This document shows positions 51,328 to 64,000 of a stretch of 64,000 bases of DNA, piece after piece. The notes under the pieces were generated by a model. That model searched no databases, was not told the DNA's origin, and saw only the letters and a list, made by a program, of their open reading frames with translations. Source of the DNA: Thalia democratica (taxonomy: Eukaryota); NCBI GenBank assembly GCA_965202585.1, contig OZ241829.1:35464001-35528000 (forward strand), given 5' to 3'. The translations under genes and the position numbers were made by a program. Within the stretch, counting starts at the first letter, position 1; every line of letters begins with the position of its first letter.

Positions 51328-52257
51328 TAGGGTTGCCACTCTTTGAGTCAAAAAACAACTACCCTGAGTGACCTTAAACAATCGTGAGTCACCCTGAGTT
51401 TTTTTTCTAGTCCTTAAAAAAATACTTTTGCCTCTGGCGCAAACTACTTATACCTCATGTTCACCTCATGTTCATTCTTCTTCTTGATAATCTAAAGGAT
51501 TGTTGTATGTGTATGCTTCCACATTAGATGTTTTTTAAACTTATGAGATATACTGTTTTTGAAGATTAGACAGCACTAAACTATACCCATTTTTTAGCTA
51601 TTTTCTTACTGAAAACTAATATCAATAAATTATATCAAACAACTTCATCTATGAATTAAGCACATTTAAAACAACATAATTTTACTTAATTATATATATA
51701 TATAACTAAAACTTTTCAATGCATAGTTAAACTTTTATATCTCTAAACTGTTTTTGTTTAACGTAAATTCAAATCATAATAAATATCTATTTCAGATTTA
51801 AAACAAAAACTACACTGTTATTTCTAAGAATAGTGAAGAGCTTTAAAAAAATTAAAAAAGCCTTTCAAAAAAAGTAGAAACCATGTTTTTGAACAAAATT
51901 GGGTCTACAAAATAACAAAATATTGAAACTAGATTTACTAAATCTCATTATAGATATAGAAAAAAATCTGCCCTGCAATTTTTAAGAAGTCTTTAAAATG
52001 TCCTGAGACTTTTATAAAAAATCAAAACTGACCTGAGTCATCCTGAGTTTAGAAGAAAATTGAAATATTCTGAGTTACCCTGAGATATCAAAACTAAATC
52101 CACTACATTTCTTACAAGATATAGAAAAAAAAAACCATTCCTGAGATTTTTGAAAAATCTTAAAACTAATCTAACTTTTTGTAAAAAACAAAATCTATCC
52201 TGAGTCAGTCTGAGATAAAAAAAAAATTCAAAATATCCTGAGTGTGTGGCAACCCTG
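51328..52257. mobile_element. MITE family B (long copy)
   Basis: tagggttgcca ... tggcaaccctg with CCTGAG-rich ends; TSD not matched. Confidence 0.7.
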
Positions 52258-52259
52258 TT

Positions 52260-53085
52260 TCTCCTTTGTTTGGACTTTTCATTGTTACTAGCTGCTTACT
52301 AATTAGCACGTTTTTGCTTAACTTTCGGTAACAGACGCTTAAATTTATATTTTGAATAGTTATATTTTTATACAGTCATTCATCAGTTTTCCTAAACTCC
52401 ATATTTATAACAATATTTACATGGTCAGAATAACTCATGGAATCATCATCTGCAAACATTTAAAATTAAATCTTTGTAGTTAACAATATGTCATTGATAT
52501 ACACAAGAAACAACAATTGACCCAAACAAGAAGCCTGAGGTGTTCCAACATTCAAAATTTCATGCTCAGAAGCAACATTGTTTGTAACAGTAGATTGACT
52601 TTTTTCTTTAAAAATAACTTTTTATCAACTTTATTACTTGTCATAATATTATTATGTACACTTAAACTTTGTGCTTAAATTTTATGAGTGACCTTTGCAA
52701 GACTCAAAGTCTTTTTTTTTTACCGGCCTTAATTAATTCCTAAACAAACTAGTTTAGTGTTAACAAAGTCATACTATTTGTTTCTCAACTTATACTGTTT
52801 ACAATGTAGTAATTTCTTTGTCAGATAATAAACACAAATAACTTCTCAGTCTTTCACACACTATCTACTCAAAAATTTTGGAAAACAAGGAAATAAATAA
52901 ATAGGTCTATAATCATTTACATCACAACTTTTTATAAATTTGCACCACTTTAGCATGTTAAAAAGACCCCAGTACAAGTCACACTCAACACATTTATTAT
53001 ATAATAATGAAAGATTCTTCAAAGTAATATTTCCAGTAAGCTTAACAAAATGCACACTCTTATTAGAGTTCATACTTTTAACATA
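52260..53085 (-). mobile_element. Decayed non-LTR retrotransposon RT core (CR1/L2 group)
   Basis: YRPIYLFPCFPKF, VGTPQASCLGQLLFLVYINDI and FADD motifs. Confidence 0.85.
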
Positions 53086-53092
53086 AATTTAA

Positions 53093-53762
53093 GGGCATAG
53101 GGGGGTTAAAACACTTTTTCACAATTTACTCTTATTTCATATAGTTTTTACTAAGCTACAAGATGCCTTTTACAGATTAAATAAATTCAAAATAATTTTT
53201 GAGATATAGCCGGTCAAAGTTGGAGGCAAAAATAGATTTTTTATAGGAGACTCAAGCTAAAACCGCAAAAATAGACTATTTCACTAAAATCTATCTTTTC
53301 CTACGTTTTTTGAGATATCTAACTCAAAGTTTAGGGAAGTGTTTCTTAATATATTTCGAAAATTCTGTCAAAAAGAATTTTTAAAAAATTAAAAAAATTA
53401 AAATTTTATATAAAAAATTAACAAAAACATTTTTGTTTTGTTTTTTTGTTATAAATTTTTTATTTTTAAATTTTTTTAATTTTATTCTAACAGAATTTTC
53501 TAAATGTTGCAAGGAACATTTCCTGAAAATTTTAGGTAGTTATCTCAAAAAGCGTAGGAGAAGATAGATTTTTAGTGATTTCTAGTTATTGCCATTTTAG
53601 TTTGCGCCTTTCATAAGGAACCTCTCCGACTTTGACCAGCTATATTTCAAAAATTATTTTTAATGTTTTTAATCTGTAAAAAGGATCTTGTAGCTAAGTA
53701 AAAACTATATAAAAAAAGGTCAAATTGCAAAAAAATGTTTCATCCCCCCTCCCCCTATGCCC
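53093..53762. mobile_element. Complete fold-back element with TTAA TSD (Kolobok-like)
   Basis: TTAA|GGGCATAGGG ... CCCTATGCCC|TTAA; the arms are near-complete inverted copies. Confidence 0.88.
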
Positions 53763-53915
53763 TTAATTTTATTCTCTGAAATATTCTTAAACACAAAATA
53801 ATTGTTCACAGAATCTTTAATAAAAATTATAATGGTTTGGTCAACAAAAGTTAAGCAAAAAAAAACATGATAATTAGTAAGCAGCTAGTAATAATGAAAA
53901 CTCCCAACAAAGAAG

Positions 53916-54085
53916 AAGGGTTGCCACACACTCAAGATATTTTTTTTTTTAAATCTTAGACTGACTCAGGATAGATTTTGTTTTTTAGAAAAAAAGTTAG
54001 GATGGTTTTAAGGTTTTTTAAAAATCTCAGGACAAATTTTTTTCTATATATCTTGTATGAAATGTAGTTGATTTAGTTTTAATCT
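53916..54085. mobile_element. Truncated end of MITE family B
   Basis: Inverted copy of about 52085-52257. Confidence 0.65.
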
Positions 54086-54249
54086 ATTTTTCTGTTATAA
54101 TCAAATACTTGATAACTTAATTTTCTTCCTAACTTAATGTTCTTCTTTCATTTTCATAGCTCAGTTGAAGTGTGTTGACTCGTTTAGAAACATATATCAG
54201 AGTAATAAATGAGGGATACTGTATAATTTGTTACTATTATATATAAATA

Positions 54250-54640
54250 TATTGTTTATTATCTAACCAAAAACTAATTTGTTAATTTGAACTGCAAAAC
54301 TTGTGAAGTTTAAGGTAACTATGGTTTGAATTTGAGCAGAAAGAAGATAGTAAATATTTAGGTGTAATATTAGATGAAAAGCTATATTGGAAAGCACATT
54401 TTAAAAGCCACAAATCTAATCGAAGGTGTTTTATGTTGTCAAAATTGAGATACTATTTGGATACAATTACTTTGAAAGGGTGTAAGATTGTTATTTCAAG
54501 CTAGTTTTTAGTACTCAAAAGATAATTGTAAAATATGTTACTTGAGTTCCTGCACTGACTCTAACCATTTCTTTGTTTGTAAAAACTGGTATTCATAAAC
54601 TTAATGAGGTGTTTAATTGCGAATAAATGCTTTAATACTT
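54250..54640 (+). mobile_element. Decayed L2/CR1-group RT fragment
   Basis: KYLGVILDEKLYWKAHF, paralogous to about 21120. Confidence 0.6.
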
Positions 54641-55487
54641 TTGGATTAGGGATTTGAGATTGAATTTTGTTTTAATTTAACTTAAATAGAAAATAAGTTC
54701 TATAAGAAAAAAAGGTATGTACTTTTTTATAAACCTATTCATGCCAGTATTAACAATAAAAACCATAGTCTAACTTGGGCAAAACACTTCAGATTTAGAC
54801 TTTTACATTTATATACATATTTTTTCTTGCCCTTAATGCAATTCTTAGTCAGTTGCAAGAATGTTAAGCTACCCTCATTTTTAGTTTTAGTCAATTGAAA
54901 TCCCCTACTTTAAGAAAAAACTAAAAAACTTATAGTTAAATTAAAACTTATTTCTAATCATTTAGTGGGGCTAATTAGAGTTTTTTAATGCGTTTTGCTT
55001 TGTGAAATATTGTGTCTTTTTCAAAACAATTTTTTTAAATAATTTTAATACTATAACAAACTTTTTTTATGTAGATTTAAAAACTCTTTTTGAATTTAGT
55101 TAATTTTGTACAAAAGCTAGACTTGTTATAACTGCAAAAAAAAGTAACGCGAACGCAGCTTCATTTAAAACTGTCATGTCATGTCACTAAACTCAACGTG
55201 GCAAATACATTGACTATTTAAGTATGAGTCTAGAAATCCAGAACTTGAGTAATAATATTATACTGTAATGTTTAGTACATATAAACTGTCTTTTGTACTT
55301 ATCTATTTAAACAGTTTATTACACAAGTATTTTTAATTAATTTAGCAGTTAGTGAAAATAAGAATGCATTTCAAAAATTAATTTACTTACAACAAGTATT
55401 GTAAAATTAGTTTTATATAGGACACAATAGATGACTGAAAAAACAGTCTGTAACTCGATTACCAAGAGATCTTTCTCTATACTAGAT

Positions 55488-56564
55488 CAGGGATCGGCAA
55501 ACTGCGGCTGGCAAAAAGTAAAAATGCACTAAAAAACTTTTGAAACTTACACTAGATATTCTAGGATTTGTAACTAAAAGTAAAAAAGTCGGGCGGGAGA
55601 CTTAAACTAGGATCTAAATCTAAGTAAATCTTTTTTTAAACTTACACGGTGTAACGAAGTCAAAAACTGTGGTCTTCGAATATTTCTATTTTTATAACTC
55701 GGGCGGGCTCTAGGTTCTTTGACAATATTTGTATATGTCGATTTATTTTTTGTTTCTAATAAACAATGTAAATGTTATAAAAAACAGTTTGTATTAAGGT
55801 CTTTTTGTTCTGTTTAAATCATAAAAAAGAAGAAAAGACATAGTTTCAATCAAAAAAAATCATTGCATTTATTAATTTACAAATGGTAGGCTACGTTTAG
55901 TAATTGCAAGCTTAATAAACAGTTTCAAAAATTAAGATCTGTACATTAAAAAAAAAAACGGCATAAAAAATGCATCAGGCTGATCAAACATGATTTTTAA
56001 TAGTCTTAGCTTGAATTTTCTGTGACAGTAAAAAAATGCAATAGCAAGATCGGTCTCGGTGAAAACGCTTGCAACCTCGTCACACTTTATAGTCTAGCAA
56101 CACAATCGTAATAAATATTCAATGTCTTATACGTTTTATCTATCAACAGTTCTAAAACTTGGGTTGATTTATTGAGGTTTTTTTATTTTGAAAATTAAAT
56201 TGTAACGGCAAAAATGCTACCATCAAAACTTGAACGGTTTTAAATCATGTTTTAAATTTACTATTTTAAGTAAATATTTCCGTTATAGTTTACTTCAGTG
56301 CATCTCAAGCGAAAAGTTGCAAAACTTTTTTTGTATTAAAATGTAATTTAAGATGTGAATTTAATTATAAACAAATGTGTTCTTAATTTTATATTGAGTA
56401 AACAGTAGAGATTATTAAGCTATCATTTACTAAGAGTTTTATTTTTAAAGAGATTTTTATACTAAAATAATATTTTAATTATTTTTTAACGAGTCCGGCC
56501 TACAAAACATTTGTTATTTTTTTGTAAATCTAGTCTCTTACTTATAAACAGTTGCCGACCCTTG
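55488..56564. mobile_element. Non-autonomous hAT (Buster/Charlie-like)
   Basis: CAGGGATCGGCAAACT left TIR and AGTTGCCGACCCTTG right TIR; flanks tacTAgat/ctcTAgaa have TA at positions 4-5. Confidence 0.65.
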
Positions 56565-56572
56565 CTCTAGAA

Positions 56573-56845
56573 CAGGGATCGACAAACTGAGACCAGCGAT
56601 GTACTACTGCAAAATACATTTTAAAGCAATTATAAAAAAGTTATCAAAAAATACTATCAAGCTCTTAGTTCAATAGTTGTTTATGACTAGTGTATTATTG
56701 ACGTTTATTTCATCACTATTTTGGGTAAAAGTAGTATAATTATTGATTAATAAAATTATTTTAAATAACTTCGGCCTGCGGAATATTTTTTCTACCCGTT
56801 GCGACCCACGAGAAATTTGTATAAGAAAAATACTGCCGAACACTG
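56573..56845. mobile_element. Second Buster-like MITE directly abutting the first
   Basis: ctctagaa|CAGGGATCGAC ... TGCCGAACACTG|ctctaaaa, an 8-bp TSD matching at 7 of 8 bases. Confidence 0.65.
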
Positions 56846-59560
56846 CTCTAAAAGCTTTCCGTGATCTTAACAAAAGGGTGTTGTTTATACTGTTGCATTA
56901 TATTATTGCTCTCAAATTATGAGTATTTGAAAGACTTAAAAATGGAAGTCTAGCAATACAAAAAGACATATAAGCAACCAGAGTTTTAGAACTTTTTTTA
57001 TAACTTTCTATTTTTTGAGGACCAACAAAATAGTTTAGCTTATATGTTTATATATTTTTTAAAGTTATTAAATTCAGATTTCATTTTATTTAACTGTTGG
57101 TAAACTATCATTAAACTTTTACAAAAAGTTAAAATTCAATTTGTTTTTACAAACTATTTTATTTTGATCAAATTCTAGTTGTTTACATTTATTCGCTTTT
57201 GATCTAAGTTTACTTAAATGTTTGAAATAGTTTTAAATGATGTAAAAACTGTACATAAAATAATGTCAATTACAATTCAATTACAAGTTTTATAGAGTTT
57301 ATCACTTTACAATTGTTTCATGCTTTCGCAATAGTTATAAATAAACTAAATATAAAACAATATCAGGCTAATCGATAATGTATTTTACTTTCGTTTTTAA
57401 ATTAAAACAAAACTAGATTTAAACAAGAATTAAAATTGACTAAAACTTTTTGATATAACTTTAATCAACCATAAGGATATATATCACAAAATATAATACA
57501 AGTTTTTTCTGTACCTCTTTTATATCTTCTTTTATTAAGGAAGTTTCAACGTCCAAAGTTAAATATATAAAAATCAAAGCTTTCAATTATAAGCAAAAAT
57601 GAAATCTACATGTTCCCAAAAGAACTTATAGAAGGTTATACAATTCGTAATTTAGTGCAATTATGCATTTTGTTTTATTTTTTTGTTTTAAAACTATACC
57701 AGTGAAATTTTAAGTGAAATCTTTAAATTAACGTACATTGTACATTGTTCACATTTAGAAAACTGAGACAAGCAGTTATTAAAGGAAATATGTGTAAAAG
57801 TATAATAATTTTATCAAATAAAAACCTTTAAAACATTAGATAGTTTTTACTTATATATTTTCAAATTATATTTAAAAAATTTTATTTCAAGTATTTAAAA
57901 GGTAATGTTTTTTATAATGTCAGCAGTTTAATTTTATTGGAAAGTTTAAATGTTCACTTTTTTTGTTGAAAAATACGTTGTGTTTTACAGCTAATAACAG
58001 AGTGTTGATATTTAGACCTGTTAGTAAAAAAACAATGAATAAAGAAATACCTATAGAAAAGTTAGTCTAAATATGCCAGTTTAATTTCTCTAGTCGCGTG
58101 TAAATCTTTATTTTAAATTTTCTTTCTATTTATTTTCGATCTAATTTTTTTTTGTTTTACTTTTAATATACCTTAAAGTTTTCATTAAATAAAGGTTTAA
58201 CTTAATTTCAATAGAGTTTTAATTTAATTTGTTATTCATTTATTATTAATTCATTTACTTTAGTATTTACTAAAATATAACATACGATAATTTTAGTTTA
58301 ACTTTTACGTTGATTTATTTAAGTATAATACAACTTATTTTATGTTTGAAAATTTTTATCGATTTCAGTTTTTTTATACTATATACTTTTAACTTCGTAA
58401 AAGTTACGCCGTGCAAAAATGACGCACCTGGTGCAAAAGTGATGCAGTACATTTTTGATCCGTTGCTCTATTATATAATATCATATGCCACTGTTCTTGC
58501 TTAGTTAATGCCACTCTTAATACACTTAACCTCTAAGTAAGTAAAAACATTTTGCTATTTCTTTTACATTTTTATGATACGATTAAAAATTTAGTCTACT
58601 ACTAAGTGTGAATAACCATAAGGCCTCTAATAAATTACAGTTTTAATTAAATAAGTTTAAAGGAACACCAGTTACTATTAACTTATATGCTTCAGATTAT
58701 TACTCTTATTTTCTTTGTTTTAAAAATATTTGGTGTTTAAATCACCAACTTCTTCAAGTTTTTCTCAAAGTTGAATTGTTTTATTATAAAATAACAGCTA
58801 AAACTTTTGTTGTTTGTTTTAAATTCAATTAGAGTCAGTCCAGTCTGTTTTGTAAGTGTCTGACAAAAAATTGTTACATAAAGCGAGTTTTTTATTTTTG
58901 TATATAATTCATTCAAAGCATTGATCGGCAGTTTATTGTGATCAACTTTTGAATGAAGTATAAAGACTCTTTCTTGGACCGTCGCATTTTTATAAGCTTG
59001 TAGTAAAGATATGTTTTTATAACACCAAACTTGTATAGATAATGTTTAAGTTTATACCAACACTTTCTCACAACTTTCTTAAGAGCTTACTTGTAAAGTT
59101 ATATTTAAAATAATTTTAGCTTAGGTTTGTTTAGGATGTTTTGACTTAATAAAATTTTGCTTGGTATAAATTTCGAATAACAAGTCGACTCTTGATTTAA
59201 CGTAGCAGATAATTAGGAGGTTTTCTAAGTTTAATAAAAGTATCAACCTTCGTTTTACACTTATAATATAACTTTGTGTACTTGAAGTTTTGTTAACTAA
59301 CTTTCGTTGTCAAATGTATTAACAAGGTAGCAACTTTACTTTGTAAACTATATCTAAAATTTTAAAAAGAAGAGTTGACCTAATAAAGATACTGCAGAAT
59401 TATTACTATAAAAAATGCTTAATTACTTGAAATGAACTGACTGTAAGTAAAAGTAAAATCCAATTAATTACTACAAAAATTGTACTTAAGCATATTTAAT
59501 AATTAAATACAACCATACAGTTTTATTAATTTAAGTAACCCTCTATTCTCACAGGTTTTA

Positions 59561-59804
59561 GGGTCACTTTTGCATGAAGACACTTTTGCACGGGTCGAAA
59601 CTTTTTACTAGTTAATTTTATTTTATACTTTCTTTATTTTGTTTATCTTTTTGTTTACTGTCAATTTTAGTCCTAACCCTTACTCTTGGTCGGTGAGTAT
59701 TATTTATTGAATTTTTTTGTTTTTGCTTAATTTAATTTTTTACTCTCGAGCAAAATTGGTCCTCCGTGCAAAAAAGAACCTTTGTGCAAAACTGAGCCGT
59801 CTCC
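59561..59804. mobile_element. GGGTAG..GTCA-family short element
   Basis: Subterminal TTTTGCAC repeats at both ends and an internal CCTAACCC, as in 9274-9651. Confidence 0.55.
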
Positions 59805-61045
59805 GATTGATATAATATTTTCATTTATTAATTATAATTAATTGACCTGCTTCAGATATAATCCCTATACTTTTTGCTTGTTTATTAAGTATTGCTATGA
59901 ATAGGATACGTAAAAGTCTAATGCAAATACTTTCTTCAAATGTATTATTTTTACCCTTTCATCTGACTATGTTGAGGAAAAACGATAAGCTTTTTATAAC
60001 TTAGCTTTGTGTACCTATTTTTTGTTCGAAACAAAGACAAAAGTTAATTAAAAAAATTAGCTTAATTTTTAATCACTTAGAATAAATTTAGTCGATATTT
60101 TGTTTTAAAATTTGTTAAAAAATACTTTTTTAAAACTAAGTGTTACTTTTAATGTTTGATATTTATTGTAACTTGATATATGAAATATTAAATATCAACA
60201 TGTCAAAACTACATTTTTCTGCCATACTTGCAATTAGAAAGCTTATTAAAAGCATTTGAAATGTAGACAGCTAGTTATAAATATTGACTTAAAAAATAAA
60301 CCACTACAATGCATCAGAAATATTGCGTCAAAAAAAAAAAAAAAACATTCTAGAACATTTAGACAAGTGTATTCGGATAAAGACATATAGTTGATTTGAG
60401 TAGTACAAGATATAAAGATATAGTTGAGTTTTGAGAAATGAATGTTTTTCTCTACATATTTTATAAATTTCTTTGGTGTGTATATTTTATATAAGCCTAA
60501 ATATTTGAAGTCAATAAACGGGTTGAAACTTTTACTATCATTGTTTTTATATTTATAATCTTTCGTATATGTTTAAGTATAACAATTTTTAACGTTATTT
60601 CTGAAAATACTTGGTTAAGTGTTTTGTATTTTTTATTGAAATCTAATCTTTATATACATATTTTTAAAGTAAGACATTCTAATTAAATACTGAATATTTA
60701 AAAAAAAATTCTGTTAATTTTAAATAAATAGATAGTTATTAAGTCTGTTAAGTTGAATGTTTTTATAATTTACAAATATATAAACAAAAAAATCCACCAC
60801 TCTAATTATTTTGATGATAGTTTTCAACTTATAGTTAATAATCAACTTTAAAATGCGTATATAAGCAGTAAATTAAAAAAAAAAAATTTAAAGAAGCTAT
60901 TGTTTAGAAAAACTTTATTAAAAAAAGAGCACAAAATTAACTTAAAATTTCAGCTTATAAATAAGGAATACAGGCTCATTAAAACGTCGTCAGTTAGTAA
61001 TATCAGAAAAAAATATGAATAAAGCTGTTGTAAAGAAGTAAGAGT

Positions 61046-61481
61046 TAAAAGAAGTCGTTGAAGATTTAGTTAGTTTAGACAAATCTAACAGAGTTAAAAA
61101 TATCGTGAACTTGTAGGTGTTAAAGTTTTGAATTTCAGAGTTGTCAGGTAAGTTATCTATTTATATACAACTTACAATATATAAATTAAAGTTATTGAAG
61201 TTTTTAATATTCATTTTTATCAATCTTAATCTTTATAGTATTCCTCAAATTTTTACTGAATTAAAAAAGTCGTTGAAGATTTAGTTAGTTTAGACAAATC
61301 TAACAGAGTTAAAAATATCGTGAACTTGTAGGTGTTAAAGTTTTGAATGTCAGAGTTGTCAGGTAAGTTATTTATTTATATACAACTTACAATATATAAA
61401 TTAAAGTTATTGAAGTTTTTAATATTCATTTTTATCAATCTTAATCTTTATAGTATTCCTCAAATTTTTACTGAATTAAAA
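61046..61481. repeat. Recent 2 x 215-bp tandem duplication
   Basis: gtcgttgaagatttag at 61054 and 61269; the units are nearly identical. Confidence 0.92.
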
Positions 61482-62229
61482 ATTTATCAAATCTTTAGAA
61501 TTAATGAACAAAAGCTTATGACAGAAAATACTAAAAATAAAACAATAAAAATAAATAATTTTTTTTTGTATTTTTTTTAATCTAACTATCGAAAACAGCT
61601 AAAATTGTACAATATGCTTTAATTGCTACTACAATATGCTTTAAAAACTTAAAATAAGCTTCTAAAAAATTTTAAGGACTTCCCAAAAGACTTTAAGTTT
61701 GCAATTTTTGTAATGTTAAAAATTTTAAAATTTTGTAAATATACTCAAAATAAAACTTTATTCGGAGGCTTTAGTCTGTACTACATATGTATAAAAAAAT
61801 GTATTGAAAAGAGATAATGTTCACAATGAAAAAATAATAAGAAGAAACTAAAGCTACCCACACAAAATGTTTACAAAGAGTTTATAAAATAAAAAACTTT
61901 ATTGTTTTTATGGTATAAATTTAAATTAAAATACTAAAACTTTTTTTAGAAAAAATATTTTTTTTTAGTTTATTTTAATCTCTACTTTTTAATTCTTAAT
62001 TGCTATAATTTTCTGAAACATGCATCAAATCTTTAAATACTACCTGCAACTTAATAAGAATAAATTTTTCATTTTCAAAAATTTTGTAAAACTTAAAGCC
62101 TTTTGAATCTACTTGATTCTCTTTAAAAAGTTAAATGATTTTTAAAACAGTTTTGAAGATTGATATAACAGTTTAAACTAGTTATGACGCAGTTGTACAA
62201 AATTATAAAAAAACATGCTAGTATAACAA

Positions 62230-64000
62230 AAATTATTAACGATGATTTAGTTTTGCTTTTATTTTTCGATGAGCATTGATTCTAGGCTATAAAGCTCACC
62301 TCAGGCACACCTCTTAAAGACTTTGAAATTATTATCGATGTTGGAGTTTCGAAATTGTATACAATAGTGCAAAAGCTAAACAATAGCACTGTGTTTATCC
62401 TTTCTTTGTGATCAGCAACTCTTTTAAACATTTGAAGCGAGGTCTCCCTTATATAGGAGATGTTCTGGTCTACAGAGCAAGTATAATTGTATATGATATT
62501 CGCGTCAAATATTTCTGAACACTTGCTTTCAATGTTGAAGTTTTCAGAAACTTTCTTAGTGGTATATGCTGGTCTTTTTTTTTATACCATATTTTTCAAA
62601 AACAGTTCTTATTAGTTTTTGAATCTTTAACAAGCAATTTCCTAAATAAATTACGAACTTCGATCGATTTAAGAGTTTTTACCTGTATTTGTATTTTTTT
62701 GCTCTTGTTTAAAAGTTAGGTTGTTCTATTTGTGGGTTTCTGTCTATTCCAGAAAACTATCTATTCCAGTTCGTGTCAGTTGTTCCAGATATTGATTTTT
62801 TAACAGTAGTGTTGTAGCTTTTAAAAGTTTTTCTTTGAAGTCGACAAAGCTAGTACATAAGTTTAGTGCTCTAACTAAATAACAGTCCAAAAGACCTAGC
62901 TTTCATGCTTTTAGGCAAAAGCTAGTGTATTGCATAAGCATGTTGGAATCTGTTGGTTTTCTATAAAACTTTTCCATTTGTGCGGACTTTGTTTAAAACT
63001 AGGTCAACTTCTGTATCTAAAAACGGTAAATTATTATAGACTGAAAAATTAATTTTAGAGAGTAAATGTTAAATTTGAATGCAGTGAGTTAATCGCGTAA
63101 TAGAAACTATTTAAAGCATTATTATTTTTATTAGTTCAAAAACATCGTCAACATATCTTGCGTAAAAAACGGTTTTTGTTCTACATTAATGTTAACAATG
63201 AGTTTTATTTTGAAGCCACAAACCGGTTTACTAATAATAGCGCCAATGGACTACCCATTGCAACGCTGTCTATTTGTTTATAGACTATTTCTTAAAAAAA
63301 AAGACACTTTGAAAGCAAAGATTTAAAATTTTCTTAAAAGTGTTTTCTGTTATTTTATTTTGCTACTGTAAGAAAAATTAGTATTTTTATCGTAAATAGA
63401 TGCTAAAATATCTTCAATAAATTCATTTAAAAGAATCTGTTTGTATAGACTTTTGATATCTAAACTAGCAAAAACGTTAGTGTGTTATACGTCTAGTGTA
63501 GATATTTTGCTAACAAATTCGATTGAAGATGAAATACTAAGCATGTAATTGAGACAAGTTTTAATTTCTGTTTCAAGCCATTTAGCCAATTTATATTCTG
63601 GCGAGTTTATAGCAGATGATACAGGTCTAACAGGATTGTCATTTTTGTAAAATTTAACCATTCCATACAATTTCTCTGAATGGGCGCCTCTTGAATAAAT
63701 TCTATGTTAAATATTGTTATTAACTAAACGATTTATATAATTCTTACACTTACAAGCGACTTTATTTTCTTTAATTATCCATGGAGCTATTTTATCGGAT
63801 TTGTTACTTTTACAGTTAATGTTGTAATCTATTTCTTGAAACATTATTTTATCCATAACTATTTTATATAACTTCTAAAAACAATCATCTAATTCTAAGC
63901 TTTACTTTTAAAACTTTTGTTGAACAAAACTACTAAGCTTGTTTATTGCAAAAGGAGTTTTACATACCAGTGTAAAAATAAACACTTTAAGCTATTTTTC
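62230..64000 (-). mobile_element. Decayed Penelope-like retroelement (RT + GIY-YIG), runs off the window end
   Basis: NPVRPVSS..SPEYKLAKWL, AMGSPLA (63241-63261), YARYVDDV (63141-63164), LPFLD and YIRET (62441-62455); many stops and frameshifts. Confidence 0.88.

Overview
This is a very AT-rich, repeat-dense stretch of an invertebrate animal genome; it has spliceosomal GT-AG introns and typical metazoan genes, but the species cannot be determined from the sequence. Most ORF-track entries are spurious or shadow ORFs. Supported protein genes: three tandem intronless DUF2237-family paralogues with signal peptides (708-5827, +), an intronless ATMIN/ASCIZ gene with a 54-bp repeat that expands its TQT motifs (-), an intronless CDCA7-type zf-4CXXC_R1 gene with a possible degenerate MBD-like N-terminus (+), and a 9-exon MRPS31 gene (-; my model gives 352 aa). 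The rest is non-autonomous DNA transposons (hAT-like with 6-bp TSDs, Buster-like, TTAA fold-back, MULE-like), decayed CR1/L2 and Penelope retroelements, a minimal hammerhead ribozyme motif and long hairpins. The most notable signals are the secreted DUF2237 cluster, sharp GC islands within gene families and within one gene, the MBD-like/CDCA7 architecture, the hammerhead motif and AG acceptors just before start codons. All family assignments are from recalled motifs; no database searches were run, and GC values are hand counts.
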